Shown here: in pieces, positions 1-9,117 of the stretch
Layout of the letters: the number at the start of each line of letters is the position of its first letter
How positions within the stretch are numbered: the first letter of the stretch is position 1
Source: an uncultured Alphaproteobacteria bacterium
GTDB lineage: Bacteria; Pseudomonadota; Alphaproteobacteria; Rhizobiales; Xanthobacteraceae
Assembly: GCA_963753575.1 (NCBI GenBank)
Contig: CAVWCR010000005.1
Span: forward strand, 397,547 to 461,546
DNA length: 64,000 bases
Reading direction: 5' to 3'
Program-made: the position numbers and the translations under genes
Notes under the pieces: generated by a model
The model's input: only the letters and a program-made list of their open reading frames with translations
The model's database searches: none
Told to the model about the DNA's origin: nothing

Positions 1-382
1 TGCCGATCACAGGCATCCGTTCCGAGATGCTGATCACGGTGCGCAGCGACGACTGCCCGCCGGGCCGGCACAGGAAACGCACATAGGCGCGACCGAGCCG
101 CGTCAGCACCGCTTCGACATCGTGATCGCTTGCGTCGAGCGCGAACACCTGCTCGGCCTGCGCGTGGCATTCCTCCCCGACGATCGCCTCGAACAGCGCT
201 TCCTTGCTGTCAAAGTAGACGTAAAGCGTGCCCTTGGAGACGCCGGCCTGCCGCGCGATCTCACCCATGCTCGCCCCATCGAAGCCCTGCGCCAGGAACA
301 CGGTGCGCGCGCCCTCCATGATCTGCCGCCGCTTGGCGCGATCCTGCCGCTCCGTGGTCGCCGCAATTGGATTGGTAGACAT
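1..382 (-). CDS. TetR/AcrR family transcriptional regulator (N-terminal part; gene runs off left edge)
   Basis: Hand translation of reverse strand from ATG (complement of 380-382): MSTNPIAATTERQDRAKRRQIMEGARTVFLAQGFDGASMGEIARQAGVSKGTLYVYFDSKEALFEAI..., a canonical TetR N-terminal HTH. Absent from the ORF track because it has no in-window stop. Divergent from the efflux operon. Confidence 0.85.
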   Translation of the reverse strand, partial: MSTNPIAATTERQDRAKRRQIMEGARTVFLAQGFDGASMGEIARQAGVSKGTLYVYFDSKEALFEAIVGEECHAQAEQVFALDASDHDVEAVLTRLGRAYVRFLCRPGGQSSLRTVISISERMPVIG

Positions 383-443
383 TTCTTCCCGCCCGTTTCT
401 GCCGTTTTGCCACGGCGTCGCTCTGCATTGCATCACAAAACAG

Positions 444-462
444 TGACCGAACCGTTCGGTCA
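444..462. promoter_or_regulatory. Operator-like perfect palindrome O1 (TGACCGAAC-C-GTTCGGTCA)
   Basis: 19-nt 9-1-9 perfect inverted repeat in the tetR/efflux divergent intergenic region, directly abutting a -35-like hexamer. Confidence 0.55.
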
Positions 463-490
463 TTGACTTAGGGAGTTTTCGTTCTAAATT
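463..490 (+). promoter_or_regulatory. Candidate sigma-70-type promoter for the EmrA-like operon
   Basis: TTGACT (463-468), 16-nt spacer, TAAATT (485-490). Flanked by the two palindromes. Sequence resemblance only. Confidence 0.35.
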
Positions 491-501
491 CAAGAGCCAT
501 C

Positions 502-518
502 GACCGAACCGTTCGGTC
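502..518. promoter_or_regulatory. Operator-like perfect palindrome O2 (GACCGAAC-C-GTTCGGTC)
   Basis: Second copy of the same palindrome core, 58 bp from O1 and just downstream of the -10-like hexamer. Confidence 0.55.
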
Positions 519-568
519 AGTGACTTCGAAGAGCCTGGCGGAACGAGAAAATAAAAGGAATCTCAACG

Positions 569-1975
569 ATGTATCGGGAAAGAGATCAATTATCGGTGGC
601 CACAGACCTGCACGGGGAGGGTCGGTGGCAGGACTGGCCGCCTGACACGAGCTCAGCCCGCTTCGAGGGCGAGCCGGCGCTTGCGCCGTCGCAGCAACTC
701 AAGACGGACGCAAACAGGGGCGAACGCGCGGATGTATCATATTACCGTGCACCCGTTGCTCCCTCCGCCCCCAAGGAGCTTCCCGCTCCGCTGCGCGACG
801 CTCCTCCGCACGACGCTTTTGCGCGCGATTCCGCGGCGGATGCTCCGGTCAGTGACGCGAAGCCGCGCCGCCGTGCCATCAAAAGGATCGCGCTCGTGCT
901 CGGCGCCCTGATCGCCCTCGGCGTTGGGGGCTGGTACGGCGACTACTGGTGGACGACCGGCCGCTATCTCGTCTCGACCGACGATGCCTATGTGGGCGCC
1001 AGGAACGCAACGCTCGCGGCCAAGATCACCGGCTATGTCGCCGCGGTCACGGTCGACGACAACGCGTATGTCCACGAAGGCGACGTGATCGCGCGCATCG
1101 ATGACGGCGACTACCGGCTCGCGGTCAAGACCGCGCACGACAACATTGCGACCCAGCAGGCCACCGTCGACCGCATCGGCAAGCAGGTGGCGGCCCAAGG
1201 GGCTGCCGTCGACCAGGCCAAGGCGCAGGTGACTTCCGCGCAAGCCGGCCAGACACGCGCCGAGCTCGAGCTCAAGCGCCAGCGCGACCTCGCCGCACGC
1301 AGCTTTGCGAGCCAGCAGACGCTCGAGCAGGCGCAGGCCAACCGCGACCAGGCCGTCGCCGCCGTCCAATCCGCTCAGGCGGCGCTCGAGGCGGCACGAG
1401 CCCAGGTCGACGTGCTGAAGGCGCAGCAGGTCGAAGCGCTCCGCACGCTTGATCAATTCAAGACCGCGCTCGCCAAGGCCGAGCGCGACCTGTCGTTCAC
1501 CGTCATCCGCGCGCCGTTCGACGGCGTGATCGGCAATCGCGCCATGCAGGTTGGCGACCTGGTGCAGCCCGGGCAGCGGCTCGCGAGCCTGGTGCCGCTC
1601 GACGCGGTCTATGTCGATGCGAACTTCAAGGAGACGCAGCTCGCGGATCTGCATCCCGGCCAGCCGGTCGCCATTTCGGTCGACGCCTATTCGGGCCGCA
1701 AGCTCACGGGCAGTGTGGTGAGCGTCGCGCCAGCCTCGGGCTCGGTGTTCTCGCTGCTGCCGCCCGACAACGCGACCGGCAACTTCACCAAGATCGTGCA
1801 GCGCCTGCCGGTGCGCATCGCGGTGCCGACGGCGGTCGCGGAGCAGGGGCTACTGCGCCCAGGCATGTCGGTCGTCGTCAGCGTCGACACCAAGCCGGGC
1901 GCTGTTGCGGTTGCCGCGAACACAAACAACGTGAGAACCGCCGACAGCACGATCAAGCCGCGCCGCGCGAGGTAG
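569..1975 (+). CDS. HlyD/EmrA-family membrane fusion protein of an MFS efflux pump
   Basis: 468-aa ORF with a single N-proximal TM (IALVLGALIALGVGGWY). Long Ala/Gln-rich coiled-coil centre and C-terminal beta-barrel motifs (IRAPFDGVIG, NFTKIVQRLPVRI) typical of EmrA-like adaptors. Followed by an EmrB-like transporter. Confidence 0.85.
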   Translation: MYRERDQLSVATDLHGEGRWQDWPPDTSSARFEGEPALAPSQQLKTDANRGERADVSYYRAPVAPSAPKELPAPLRDAPPHDAFARDSAADAPVSDAKPRRRAIKRIALVLGALIALGVGGWYGDYWWTTGRYLVSTDDAYVGARNATLAAKITGYVAAVTVDDNAYVHEGDVIARIDDGDYRLAVKTAHDNIATQQATVDRIGKQVAAQGAAVDQAKAQVTSAQAGQTRAELELKRQRDLAARSFASQQTLEQAQANRDQAVAAVQSAQAALEAARAQVDVLKAQQVEALRTLDQFKTALAKAERDLSFTVIRAPFDGVIGNRAMQVGDLVQPGQRLASLVPLDAVYVDANFKETQLADLHPGQPVAISVDAYSGRKLTGSVVSVAPASGSVFSLLPPDNATGNFTKIVQRLPVRIAVPTAVAEQGLLRPGMSVVVSVDTKPGAVAVAANTNNVRTADSTIKPRRAR

Positions 1976-2054
1976 AGCATGTCTAGTTCGAATCGAGTCA
2001 CTCTGTATGCATCGTCAAGTTCGCAGCCGATGAGATGCGAAGATGCGCTCTACA

Positions 2055-2235
2055 CGGTTCCCTCCCCCCTTGCGGGGGAGGGACAGGGAGAGGGGTGGCG
2101 ATTACGCACCGGGTCCAACGCTCTTCGGCTATCGCAAATTTGGACATCGAGAGCGTACGACATCGACTTGAGGGGCAGCCGCAGCGTTTGGATACCCCCC
2201 TCCCTGTCCCTCCCCCGCAAGGGGGGAGGGAACGC
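2055..2235. mobile_element. MITE-like element with about 40-bp terminal inverted repeats (GTTCCCTCCCCCCTTGCGGGGGAGGGACAGGGAG...)
   Basis: Left arm about 2057-2096 is the near-perfect reverse complement of right arm about 2192-2232. Each arm also contains its own hairpin (CCCTCCCCC/GGGGGAGGG). Lies between the adaptor and transporter genes. Confidence 0.6.
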
Positions 2236-2338
2236 CGTGGCACTGGCCTTCACACCTGCAGCGCCTCATTTGCGTGACGCAATCAAAGACGTGTGCACGC
2301 GTTAGCGCTTGCGCGAGCGGTCCGGAAGCGAGGTCCCC

Positions 2339-3946
2339 ATGGCAAATGCAGCAAATCCAACAGCCTACCGGAATGAGCTGATTGCGGCGGCCGCCGCGGC
2401 GGCGGAGAGCGCCGACCGCATCGAGCCGCGCCGTCTCGTCGCCTTCCTTGCCATGGTGTTCGGCATGTTCATGGCGATCCTGGACATCCAGATCGTCTCC
2501 GCCTCGCTGACCGAGATTCAGGCCGGGCTCTCGGCCAGCAGCAATGAGATTTCCTGGGTGCAGACCGCCTACCTCATCGCCGAAGTGGTGATGATCCCGC
2601 TCTCGGGCTTCCTGTCGCGCGCCTTGGGGACACGGATTCTCTTCTCCATCTCGGCCGCGGGCTTCACCGCCGCGAGCCTGATGTGCGGGCTGTCGACCTC
2701 GATCAACGAGATGATCGTGTGGCGCGTGCTGCAAGGCTTCATTGGCGGCGCCATGATCCCGACCGTCTTCGCCATGTCTTTCATGATCTTTCCGCGCTCG
2801 CGCATGGGCCTGATCACGCCGCTGATCGGGCTCGTGGCGACGCTCGCGCCCACGATCGGCCCGACCATCGGCGGCTATCTGACCGACACGCTGTCGTGGC
2901 ACTGGCTGTTCTTCATCAATATCGGGCCCGGCATCGTGGTCACCATCATGGCGTTCTCGCTGATCGACTTCGACAAGCCGAACCTCAAGCTGTTCCAGCA
3001 TTTCGACTGGCCGGGGCTGATCTTCATGGCGGGCTTCCTTGGCGCGCTTGAATACGTGCTCGAGGAAGGGCCGCGCAACGACTGGCTCGGTGACAGCACG
3101 GTGCTGGCCTGCGCCTGGATCGCGGGCCTTTCCGCGGTCGCGTTCTTCGCGCGGGTCCTCATGGCGCGGGAGCCGATCGTCGACCTCGGCGCGTTCTCGG
3201 ACCGCAACTTCGCGCTCGGGTCGCTGTTCTCGTTCGTGCTCGGCATCGGCCTCTACGGCTTGACCTATCTCTATCCGGTCTATCTCGCGCAGATCCGCGG
3301 CTACAATGCCCTGATGATCGGCGAGACCATGTTCGTCTCAGGGCTGGCCATGTTCGCCACGGCCCCCATTGCCGGGCAACTCATGACCCGCGTAGACCCG
3401 CGCGTCATGCTGGTGTCGGGGTTCCTGTTCTTCGCGCTCGGAACCTGGTGGATGACCTGGCTGACCAAGGACTGGGATTTCTGGGAGCTGTTCTGGCCGC
3501 AGATCTTCCGCGGCGTCGGGCTTATGCTCGCCTTCATTCCGATCAACAACATCTCGCTCGGCACGCTGCCGCCGGAACGCGTGAAGAACGCCTCGGGCCT
3601 CTACAATCTGACGCGCAATCTCGGCGGTGCGGTCGGCCTCGCCGGCCTCACGACGGTGCTCAACGACCGCACCGACCTTCATCTCGCGCGCCTGCACGAG
3701 GCGGTGACCTGGTCGCGTCCGGGGGCGTTGGAGGCGCTCAACAACCTCACCACGCGCTTCCAGAGCTACGGCAGCGACGCGCACGCGATGGCGCTCAAGC
3801 AGCTCACCTTGCTCACGCACCGGCAGGGCGTCGTGATGGCGTTTGCCGACGTGTTCTTCCTGCTGACGCTGCTGTTCGTCGCCCTTGCCGCGCTCGCGAT
3901 CATCATGAAGAAGCCCGCCCAGGCGACGGCCGCGGGCGGCCATTGA
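2339..3946 (+). CDS. EmrB/QacA-type (DHA2, 14-TM) MFS drug efflux transporter
   Basis: ORF 2309-3946. ATG at 2339 follows GAAGCGAGG. Motifs LAMVFGMFMAILDIQIV, WRVLQGFIGGAMIP and many TM segments. Start choice uncertain by 10 codons. Confidence 0.9.
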   Translation: MANAANPTAYRNELIAAAAAAAESADRIEPRRLVAFLAMVFGMFMAILDIQIVSASLTEIQAGLSASSNEISWVQTAYLIAEVVMIPLSGFLSRALGTRILFSISAAGFTAASLMCGLSTSINEMIVWRVLQGFIGGAMIPTVFAMSFMIFPRSRMGLITPLIGLVATLAPTIGPTIGGYLTDTLSWHWLFFINIGPGIVVTIMAFSLIDFDKPNLKLFQHFDWPGLIFMAGFLGALEYVLEEGPRNDWLGDSTVLACAWIAGLSAVAFFARVLMAREPIVDLGAFSDRNFALGSLFSFVLGIGLYGLTYLYPVYLAQIRGYNALMIGETMFVSGLAMFATAPIAGQLMTRVDPRVMLVSGFLFFALGTWWMTWLTKDWDFWELFWPQIFRGVGLMLAFIPINNISLGTLPPERVKNASGLYNLTRNLGGAVGLAGLTTVLNDRTDLHLARLHEAVTWSRPGALEALNNLTTRFQSYGSDAHAMALKQLTLLTHRQGVVMAFADVFFLLTLLFVALAALAIIMKKPAQATAAGGH

Positions 3947-4177
3947 GGGCTCGATCACCGGCTTGTCCGTCGGACGGCGGGTGAGGTTCCCCGGAAGTGC
4001 ACCACTATCATACCGGCCGGTTCTCACTTTCGGCCGATTTCGAACCTCCGCAAGGGGCTCGCGCGTGTTTCTGGAATATTGGCCGCCGTGCCATGTTCGT
4101 GACTGATGGGGCTCCCAGATTTGACCCGTCTCATGGCCCAGGCCCCTGGGCCGCAAGAACCAGCCGGAGGATTCGCA

Positions 4178-4867
4178 ATGAAGACCAGCACGACTTTCTC
4201 GCTACTTGCCGCGGCCGCCTTGGTCGGCATCGGATTGAACGCCGCCCATGCGCAGCAGCAGCCTCCGCAATCGCCCAACATGACGTTCTTCGTGACCAGC
4301 GTCGGATCCGGCAAAGGTGCGGACCTCGGCGGGCTCGCGGGTGCCGACCGTCACTGTCAGCAGTTGGCGCAACGCGCCGGCGCCGGCAGCAAGACCTGGC
4401 ACGCCTATCTCAGCACGCAGGCGGTCGGTGGCGCGCAGGCCGTCAATGCGCGCGACCGGATCGGGAAGGGTCCTTGGCAGAACTTCAAGGGCCTCGTCGT
4501 CGCCCAGAGCGTCGACGATCTGCACAGCGCCAACAACAAGCTCAACCAGCAGAACTCGCAGACCGAGCGTGGCACCATGGTGCCCGGCCGCGCCTTTACG
4601 CCGAACTATCACGACGCGCTCACCGGCTCGCAGGCCGATGGCCGCGCCTTCCCGCCGAACGAGGACCGCACCTGCCACAACTGGACGAGCAGCACGCAAG
4701 GCGCCGCCATGCTGGGTCACATCGATCGCGAAGGCTTGCGCGATGATGCGTCGTCGAAGTCGTGGAACTCGTCGCATCCCTCGCGCGGCCCCGGCGGCGG
4801 CTGCAGCCCGACCGATCTGAACGGCACCGGCGGCAACGGATTGTTCTACTGCTTCGCCGCCAACTAG
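4178..4867 (+). CDS. Secreted protein of unknown function
   Basis: GGAGG at 4166-4170 then ATG 4178. Signal peptide MKTSTTFSLLAAAALVGIGLNAAHAQ. Good G/C third-position bias. Several conserved-looking Cys. No family recognised by eye. Confidence 0.6.
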   Translation: MKTSTTFSLLAAAALVGIGLNAAHAQQQPPQSPNMTFFVTSVGSGKGADLGGLAGADRHCQQLAQRAGAGSKTWHAYLSTQAVGGAQAVNARDRIGKGPWQNFKGLVVAQSVDDLHSANNKLNQQNSQTERGTMVPGRAFTPNYHDALTGSQADGRAFPPNEDRTCHNWTSSTQGAAMLGHIDREGLRDDASSKSWNSSHPSRGPGGGCSPTDLNGTGGNGLFYCFAAN

Positions 4868-5182
4868 CCTTCCGCGTCACCGGCACAGTCGTGCCGCAGC
4901 GGCCACAGATCCGAGCCCCGGGGATTTCCTCGGGGCTCGTCTTGTCGGGTGAGCCAAAAAATCCAGCGAGGCGGTCCACCAACATGGCTGCCGGACAAAC
5001 GCATCAGCCCATTGCGTGCCTGCGATGAATTCAGCTGTCTGCTGCCAGCCTTGATTTTGTTCGAGTGATGAGAAGCTTGATTGGCCGCGGCCCCGCGCGG
5101 AAGCGGATTTGAGGACGCCAGGCTTTATGCCACTCAGACGCCACCATCTGCGCCTATCTCGCCGGCAATAAGGAGCGAGCCT

Positions 5183-6055
5183 GTGACAGATACTCTGATC
5201 GACCATGTTTCCGACACCGCATTTTGGGTCGCGCATTACCGTGGGCTCGAGGACGAACGGCCGGATGCTCTCTTCCACGACCCGCTCGCGAAGCGTCTTG
5301 CTGGAGACCACGGGAAGCAGATCGCATCGGCGATGCCCGGAGGCATGTTCACCTCATGGGCCGTCGTGGTGCGCACGTGTATCATCGACGACTTCATTCG
5401 CTTCGCGCTCGCGGAGGGAGTCGACGTCGTCTTGAACCTTGGCGCTGGGCTCGATACGCGCCCCTATCGCATGAATCTTCCAAGCTCGCTGCGATGGATC
5501 GAAGTCGACTATCCTGGTGTCATCGCGTTCAAAGAGGAGAGGTTGCAAGAGGAGAAATCGCGCTGTCAGCTCACGCGTGTCAAACTTGATCTGACCAACG
5601 GCTCCGATCGCCGGCAGATGCTCGCGAGCGCCGATGCACAAGCTGGAAAATTGCTGGTTCTCACCGAGGGCGTTGTACCGTATCTGAGTGAGGAGGAAGT
5701 TGGTTCGCTTGCCGATGAGATCAAGTCGCTCGATCATGCGGCCTTCTGGATCGTGGACTACTACTCGGCGACGGCTATCAAATTCCGGCCGCGCCAGATG
5801 AAACACAAACTAAGGAACGCTCCTTTCAAGTTCGCGCCCCAGGACTGGTTCGGTTTCTTCGAGCAGCACGGCTGGCGCTGCAAGGAGATGCGCTACCTTG
5901 CCGAAGAGGCGCGCCGGCTCAAGAGGCCGATGCAATTTCCATTCTGGAAGAAGCTGATATGGGTCGCGCGCAGCCGGTTCCTGACCCAACAACAGCGGGA
6001 CGATGTCCAAAAGCTGGCCGGCTTCGCCTTGCTCGAACCTCTCAAGCGCCTCTAA
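5183..6055 (+). CDS. Class I SAM-dependent methyltransferase (leucine carboxyl / O-methyltransferase-like family)
   Basis: AAGGAG 5170-5175 then GTG 5183. DTAFWVAHYRGLE..., VLNLGAGLDTRPYR SAM-binding motif. The upstream part of ORF 5081-6055 is probably not translated. Confidence 0.75.
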   Translation: MTDTLIDHVSDTAFWVAHYRGLEDERPDALFHDPLAKRLAGDHGKQIASAMPGGMFTSWAVVVRTCIIDDFIRFALAEGVDVVLNLGAGLDTRPYRMNLPSSLRWIEVDYPGVIAFKEERLQEEKSRCQLTRVKLDLTNGSDRRQMLASADAQAGKLLVLTEGVVPYLSEEEVGSLADEIKSLDHAAFWIVDYYSATAIKFRPRQMKHKLRNAPFKFAPQDWFGFFEQHGWRCKEMRYLAEEARRLKRPMQFPFWKKLIWVARSRFLTQQQRDDVQKLAGFALLEPLKRL

Positions 6056-6088
6056 CGGGTCGCGCATCGAATTTGGCACTGACCGCTC

Positions 6089-6883
6089 ATGCAAATCGCC
6101 AGCAACGGAACGACCTTCAACTGCCGCGTCGACGGCAACGGTGGCCCCTGGCTGATGCTCAGCCATGGTCTGGCGACCGACCTCACGATGTGGGACGAGC
6201 TCACCGACGCGCTCAAGGACCGCTACCGCGTGCTGCGCTACGACGCGCGCGGCCACGGCGGCTCGCCGGCGACCGAAGGCGACTATATGCTCGATATGCT
6301 GGTCGCCGACGCGGTCGGCATTCTCGATATGCTCGGCATCGCGCAGTGCCACTTCGGCGGCCTTTCCATGGGCGGCATGGTGACGATCGGCATGCTGCTC
6401 GATCATCCGACGCGGGTGCGTAGCGCCATCATCGCGGATTCGCGCCACACCACGACGCCGGAATTCACCGCGGCCTGGCATGCGCGCGCCGAGGAAGTGC
6501 GCCGCGGCGGCGTCGAGGCGGTGGTGGCCTCAACCGTGAGCCGCTGGTCGAGCGCAGGGCTTGCCGCGCGTAACCCGGCGGTCATTGCGCGTATGCAGGC
6601 GATGATCCGGCGGACGTCGGCTGACGGCTACTGCGGCTGCGCGGCGGCGCTGGCGCAACTCAACTATGGTCACCGGTTGGGCGAGATCGGCGCGCCCACG
6701 CTCCTCATCTGCGGCACCGAGGATCACGGCGCGCCGCCGGAGAACACGCGGCAGATGCACGTCGCCATCAAGGGCTCGCGCTTTCTCGCAATCGAACAGG
6801 CCGGGCACATCTCGAACATCGAGCGGCCGGAGGTGTTCAACGCGGCGGTCGTCGATTTCCTCAAAGACGTCGACCCCTGGTGA
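6089..6883 (+). CDS. Alpha/beta hydrolase, 3-oxoadipate enol-lactonase-like
   Basis: 264 aa. HGLATDLTMW, RYDARGHGGS, nucleophile elbow GLSMGG, C-terminal GHISNIERPEVF. Confidence 0.8.
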   Translation: MQIASNGTTFNCRVDGNGGPWLMLSHGLATDLTMWDELTDALKDRYRVLRYDARGHGGSPATEGDYMLDMLVADAVGILDMLGIAQCHFGGLSMGGMVTIGMLLDHPTRVRSAIIADSRHTTTPEFTAAWHARAEEVRRGGVEAVVASTVSRWSSAGLAARNPAVIARMQAMIRRTSADGYCGCAAALAQLNYGHRLGEIGAPTLLICGTEDHGAPPENTRQMHVAIKGSRFLAIEQAGHISNIERPEVFNAAVVDFLKDVDPW

Positions 6884-6992
6884 GGCGCTCCGCATCATTG
6901 CGCGGGTGAAGGCAAGCAAATAACCTTGGGCAATAACGGTGCGAAATGCGCCGACGCAAATAAGACAAGCATCATCAAATGGGAGGATGGCA

Positions 6993-8120
6993 ATGCGGAT
7001 CAATCCGAAGCACACGTTGGCTGCCGCTTTGTCGGCGATCATCCTGCAGAGCACGCCGCCGAGCGCCGCCGCGCAGACCCGCACGACCCTCGACATCTAT
7101 GTCATCGATGTGGAAGGTGGTAATGCCACGCTGTTCGTGCCGCCGTCCGGCGAAGCGGTGCTGATCGATTCCGGCAATGTCGCGCCCGAGGCGGCCATCC
7201 GCGACGCCGAGCGCATCATGGCGGCGGTCAAGGATGCCGGCCTGACGCAGATCGACCACCTGATCACCACGCACTGGCACAACGATCATTTCGGCGGCAT
7301 GGCCGAATTGTCGAAGCGCATTCCGATCCGGCACTTCATCGATCACGGGCCGACCGTCCAGCCCAATCCGGTCATCGACGCGTTTCTGGGTAAGACTTAC
7401 GAGGAGCTCTACGGCAAGGCGCGCCGCACGATCGCGAAGCCGGGCGACGTCATTGCGGTCGCTGGGCTCGACTGGCGCATCGTGAGTTCGGCGGGCGAGA
7501 CGCTCAAGACGGCGTTGCCGGGTGCCGGCAGCGCCAATCCGTATTGTGCCAGCCACAAGCCGAAGAACATCGACCGTAGCGAAAACGCGCAGTCGATCGG
7601 CAGCGTGCTCACGTTCGGGAAATTCCGCGCGGTGCATCTTGGCGATCTGACCTGGAACAAGGAGTTCGACCTGATGTGTCCCGAGAACCGGATCGGCACC
7701 GTCGACCTGTTCGTGGCGTCGCATCACGGCCAGCCGAGCTCGAACTCGCCGGTGCTGGTGCATGCGATGCGTCCGCGCGTTGCCATCATGAACAACGGCA
7801 CCCGCAAGGGCGGCCAGCCCGACGCCATGAAGGTCTTTTTTGCATCGCCCGGACTCGAGGACCTCTGGCAGATCCATTTCTCGCAACTGAGCGGCCAGGA
7901 ATACACCGTGCCGGGGGTGTTCATCGCGAACCGCACCGACGAGCCCTTGGCGGCGATGCCGGTTGCGCCGATGGCGCCGCCGCCGCCCGGCCCGACGCAG
8001 CCGCCGGCGCCTGCTCACAATGGGCCCGCGTTCTGGATCAAAGTGTCGGCACAACAGGACGGGACGTTCAGCGTCATCAATGCGCGGAACGGATTCAGCA
8101 AGACCTACGCGGCGCGCTGA
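6993..8120 (+). CDS. Secreted MBL-fold metallo-hydrolase (ComEC/Rec2-type beta-lactamase-like domain)
   Basis: GGGAGG 6981-6986 then ATG 6993. Signal peptide. HWHNDHFGG metal motif. Pro-rich C-terminal region. Confidence 0.75.
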   Translation: MRINPKHTLAAALSAIILQSTPPSAAAQTRTTLDIYVIDVEGGNATLFVPPSGEAVLIDSGNVAPEAAIRDAERIMAAVKDAGLTQIDHLITTHWHNDHFGGMAELSKRIPIRHFIDHGPTVQPNPVIDAFLGKTYEELYGKARRTIAKPGDVIAVAGLDWRIVSSAGETLKTALPGAGSANPYCASHKPKNIDRSENAQSIGSVLTFGKFRAVHLGDLTWNKEFDLMCPENRIGTVDLFVASHHGQPSSNSPVLVHAMRPRVAIMNNGTRKGGQPDAMKVFFASPGLEDLWQIHFSQLSGQEYTVPGVFIANRTDEPLAAMPVAPMAPPPPGPTQPPAPAHNGPAFWIKVSAQQDGTFSVINARNGFSKTYAAR

Positions 8121-8125
8121 GTGCG

Positions 8126-8614
8126 CTACGCGATCTTGCGCGGCCGGCCGGCGGCGCGGCGCGGTCGGAAATGCGCGTGCATCATGATCGGGTCGCGCCG
8201 CGCGGCGCGGCACAACATCGCCACCGCGCTTGGGATGTTGCCCTGCGCCTTGTAGGCATTCCAGGTGCTGACAGCGATGCCCAAGAGCGTTGCCGCCTCA
8301 TGGTTGGATATCTGCATGGCGCGTTGCCATTCGGCAGCTTCCTTTGCGCCGAATGGCCGCTGCTCCCGTGCGAGTTCCTCGAGATGGACGGCATCGATGC
8401 GCAGATCGTCGTCGTCCCAGGCGACGGCGGTGCCGTAGTCCGCGATCCGGGCCTTGCCGAAAAGAGCGACGTTGCCAAGCGGCGCCAGGATGTCGCCGCC
8501 GGTCGCGATCCAGCCGGCAAGATCGACGTCATCGCCCGTCCGGCGCCGCCACTTGATGCGCAGCGTCGTGGGACCGCGCACTGCAACGCGCTCGATGCGG
8601 GGTGTCTTGTCCAT
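8126..8614 (-). CDS. DUF2442-like domain protein fused to a C-terminal XRE-type HTH
   Basis: Starts MDKTPRIERVAVRGPTTLRIKWRRRTGDDVDL...AWDDDDLRIDAVHLEEL (DUF2442-like pattern). Then ISNHEAATLLGIAVSTWNAYKAQGNIP (HTH). Start is 1 nt after the stop of the upstream DUF4160 gene. Confidence 0.7.
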   Translation of the reverse strand: MDKTPRIERVAVRGPTTLRIKWRRRTGDDVDLAGWIATGGDILAPLGNVALFGKARIADYGTAVAWDDDDLRIDAVHLEELAREQRPFGAKEAAEWQRAMQISNHEAATLLGIAVSTWNAYKAQGNIPSAVAMLCRAARRDPIMMHAHFRPRRAAGRPRKIA

Positions 8615-8615
8615 G

Positions 8616-8867
8616 CTAGTCTCCTGCTGCGACTGGGAAGCGGGGGTTGATGCGGTTCCATTCCGCAGCAATCACGGCGCGGTTACGAGCCGCCCAAGTC
8701 ATGACCGCTTTTCGGGCTTGTGGCGAGAGCCGACCGCGCATGATCGTCAATGTCTCGATTTCGATGAGCGCTTCGAAGTCCGGGGCGATGGCATGGAAGT
8801 GCGGCGGCAGATGGTCATTGGCGTAAACTCGGATGATGAGCTTTCCGATCTGATGCAGCTTGCCCAC
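8616..8867 (-). CDS. DUF4160 domain protein
   Basis: 83 aa. IIRVYANDHLPPHFHA motif characteristic of DUF4160. AT-rich promoter-like region upstream (8885-8945). Confidence 0.75.
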   Translation of the reverse strand: MGKLHQIGKLIIRVYANDHLPPHFHAIAPDFEALIEIETLTIMRGRLSPQARKAVMTWAARNRAVIAAEWNRINPRFPVAAGD

Positions 8868-9117
8868 GATCCGCCCCCGCCGCGAGAAATATAGTCCGGA
8901 AACTGGATAGAATCAAGATAAAACATATCCGATTTTCAGACGGGAAGGAATTGCGCTGACGGTGTACGTGAGCCGAGCGCGGCCCACGGGGCCCGCGCCA
9001 TCGCGCCGACGAATGTCCCCTCTGCATGGCCGCCCAGCGCTGGGCGCGATTGCGGCCGAGCCGTTCACGAATAGATCGCGGTCAGTCGAATTTCGGAACT
9101 GACCCAGGTGCTGACCC

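Noticed and set aside
2226-2250. TGGCAC-N5-TTCAC resembling a sigma-54 -24/-12 promoter upstream of the MFS transporter gene
   Set aside because: The -12 element is TTCA rather than TTGC, and the motif lies at the edge of the repeat element. The evidence is insufficient.
4010-4050. GGTTCGAAA T-loop-like motif (reverse strand) that might indicate a tRNA
   Set aside because: There is no complementary T-stem, no acceptor stem and no anticodon arm around it. No other tRNA-like signature was seen anywhere in the window.
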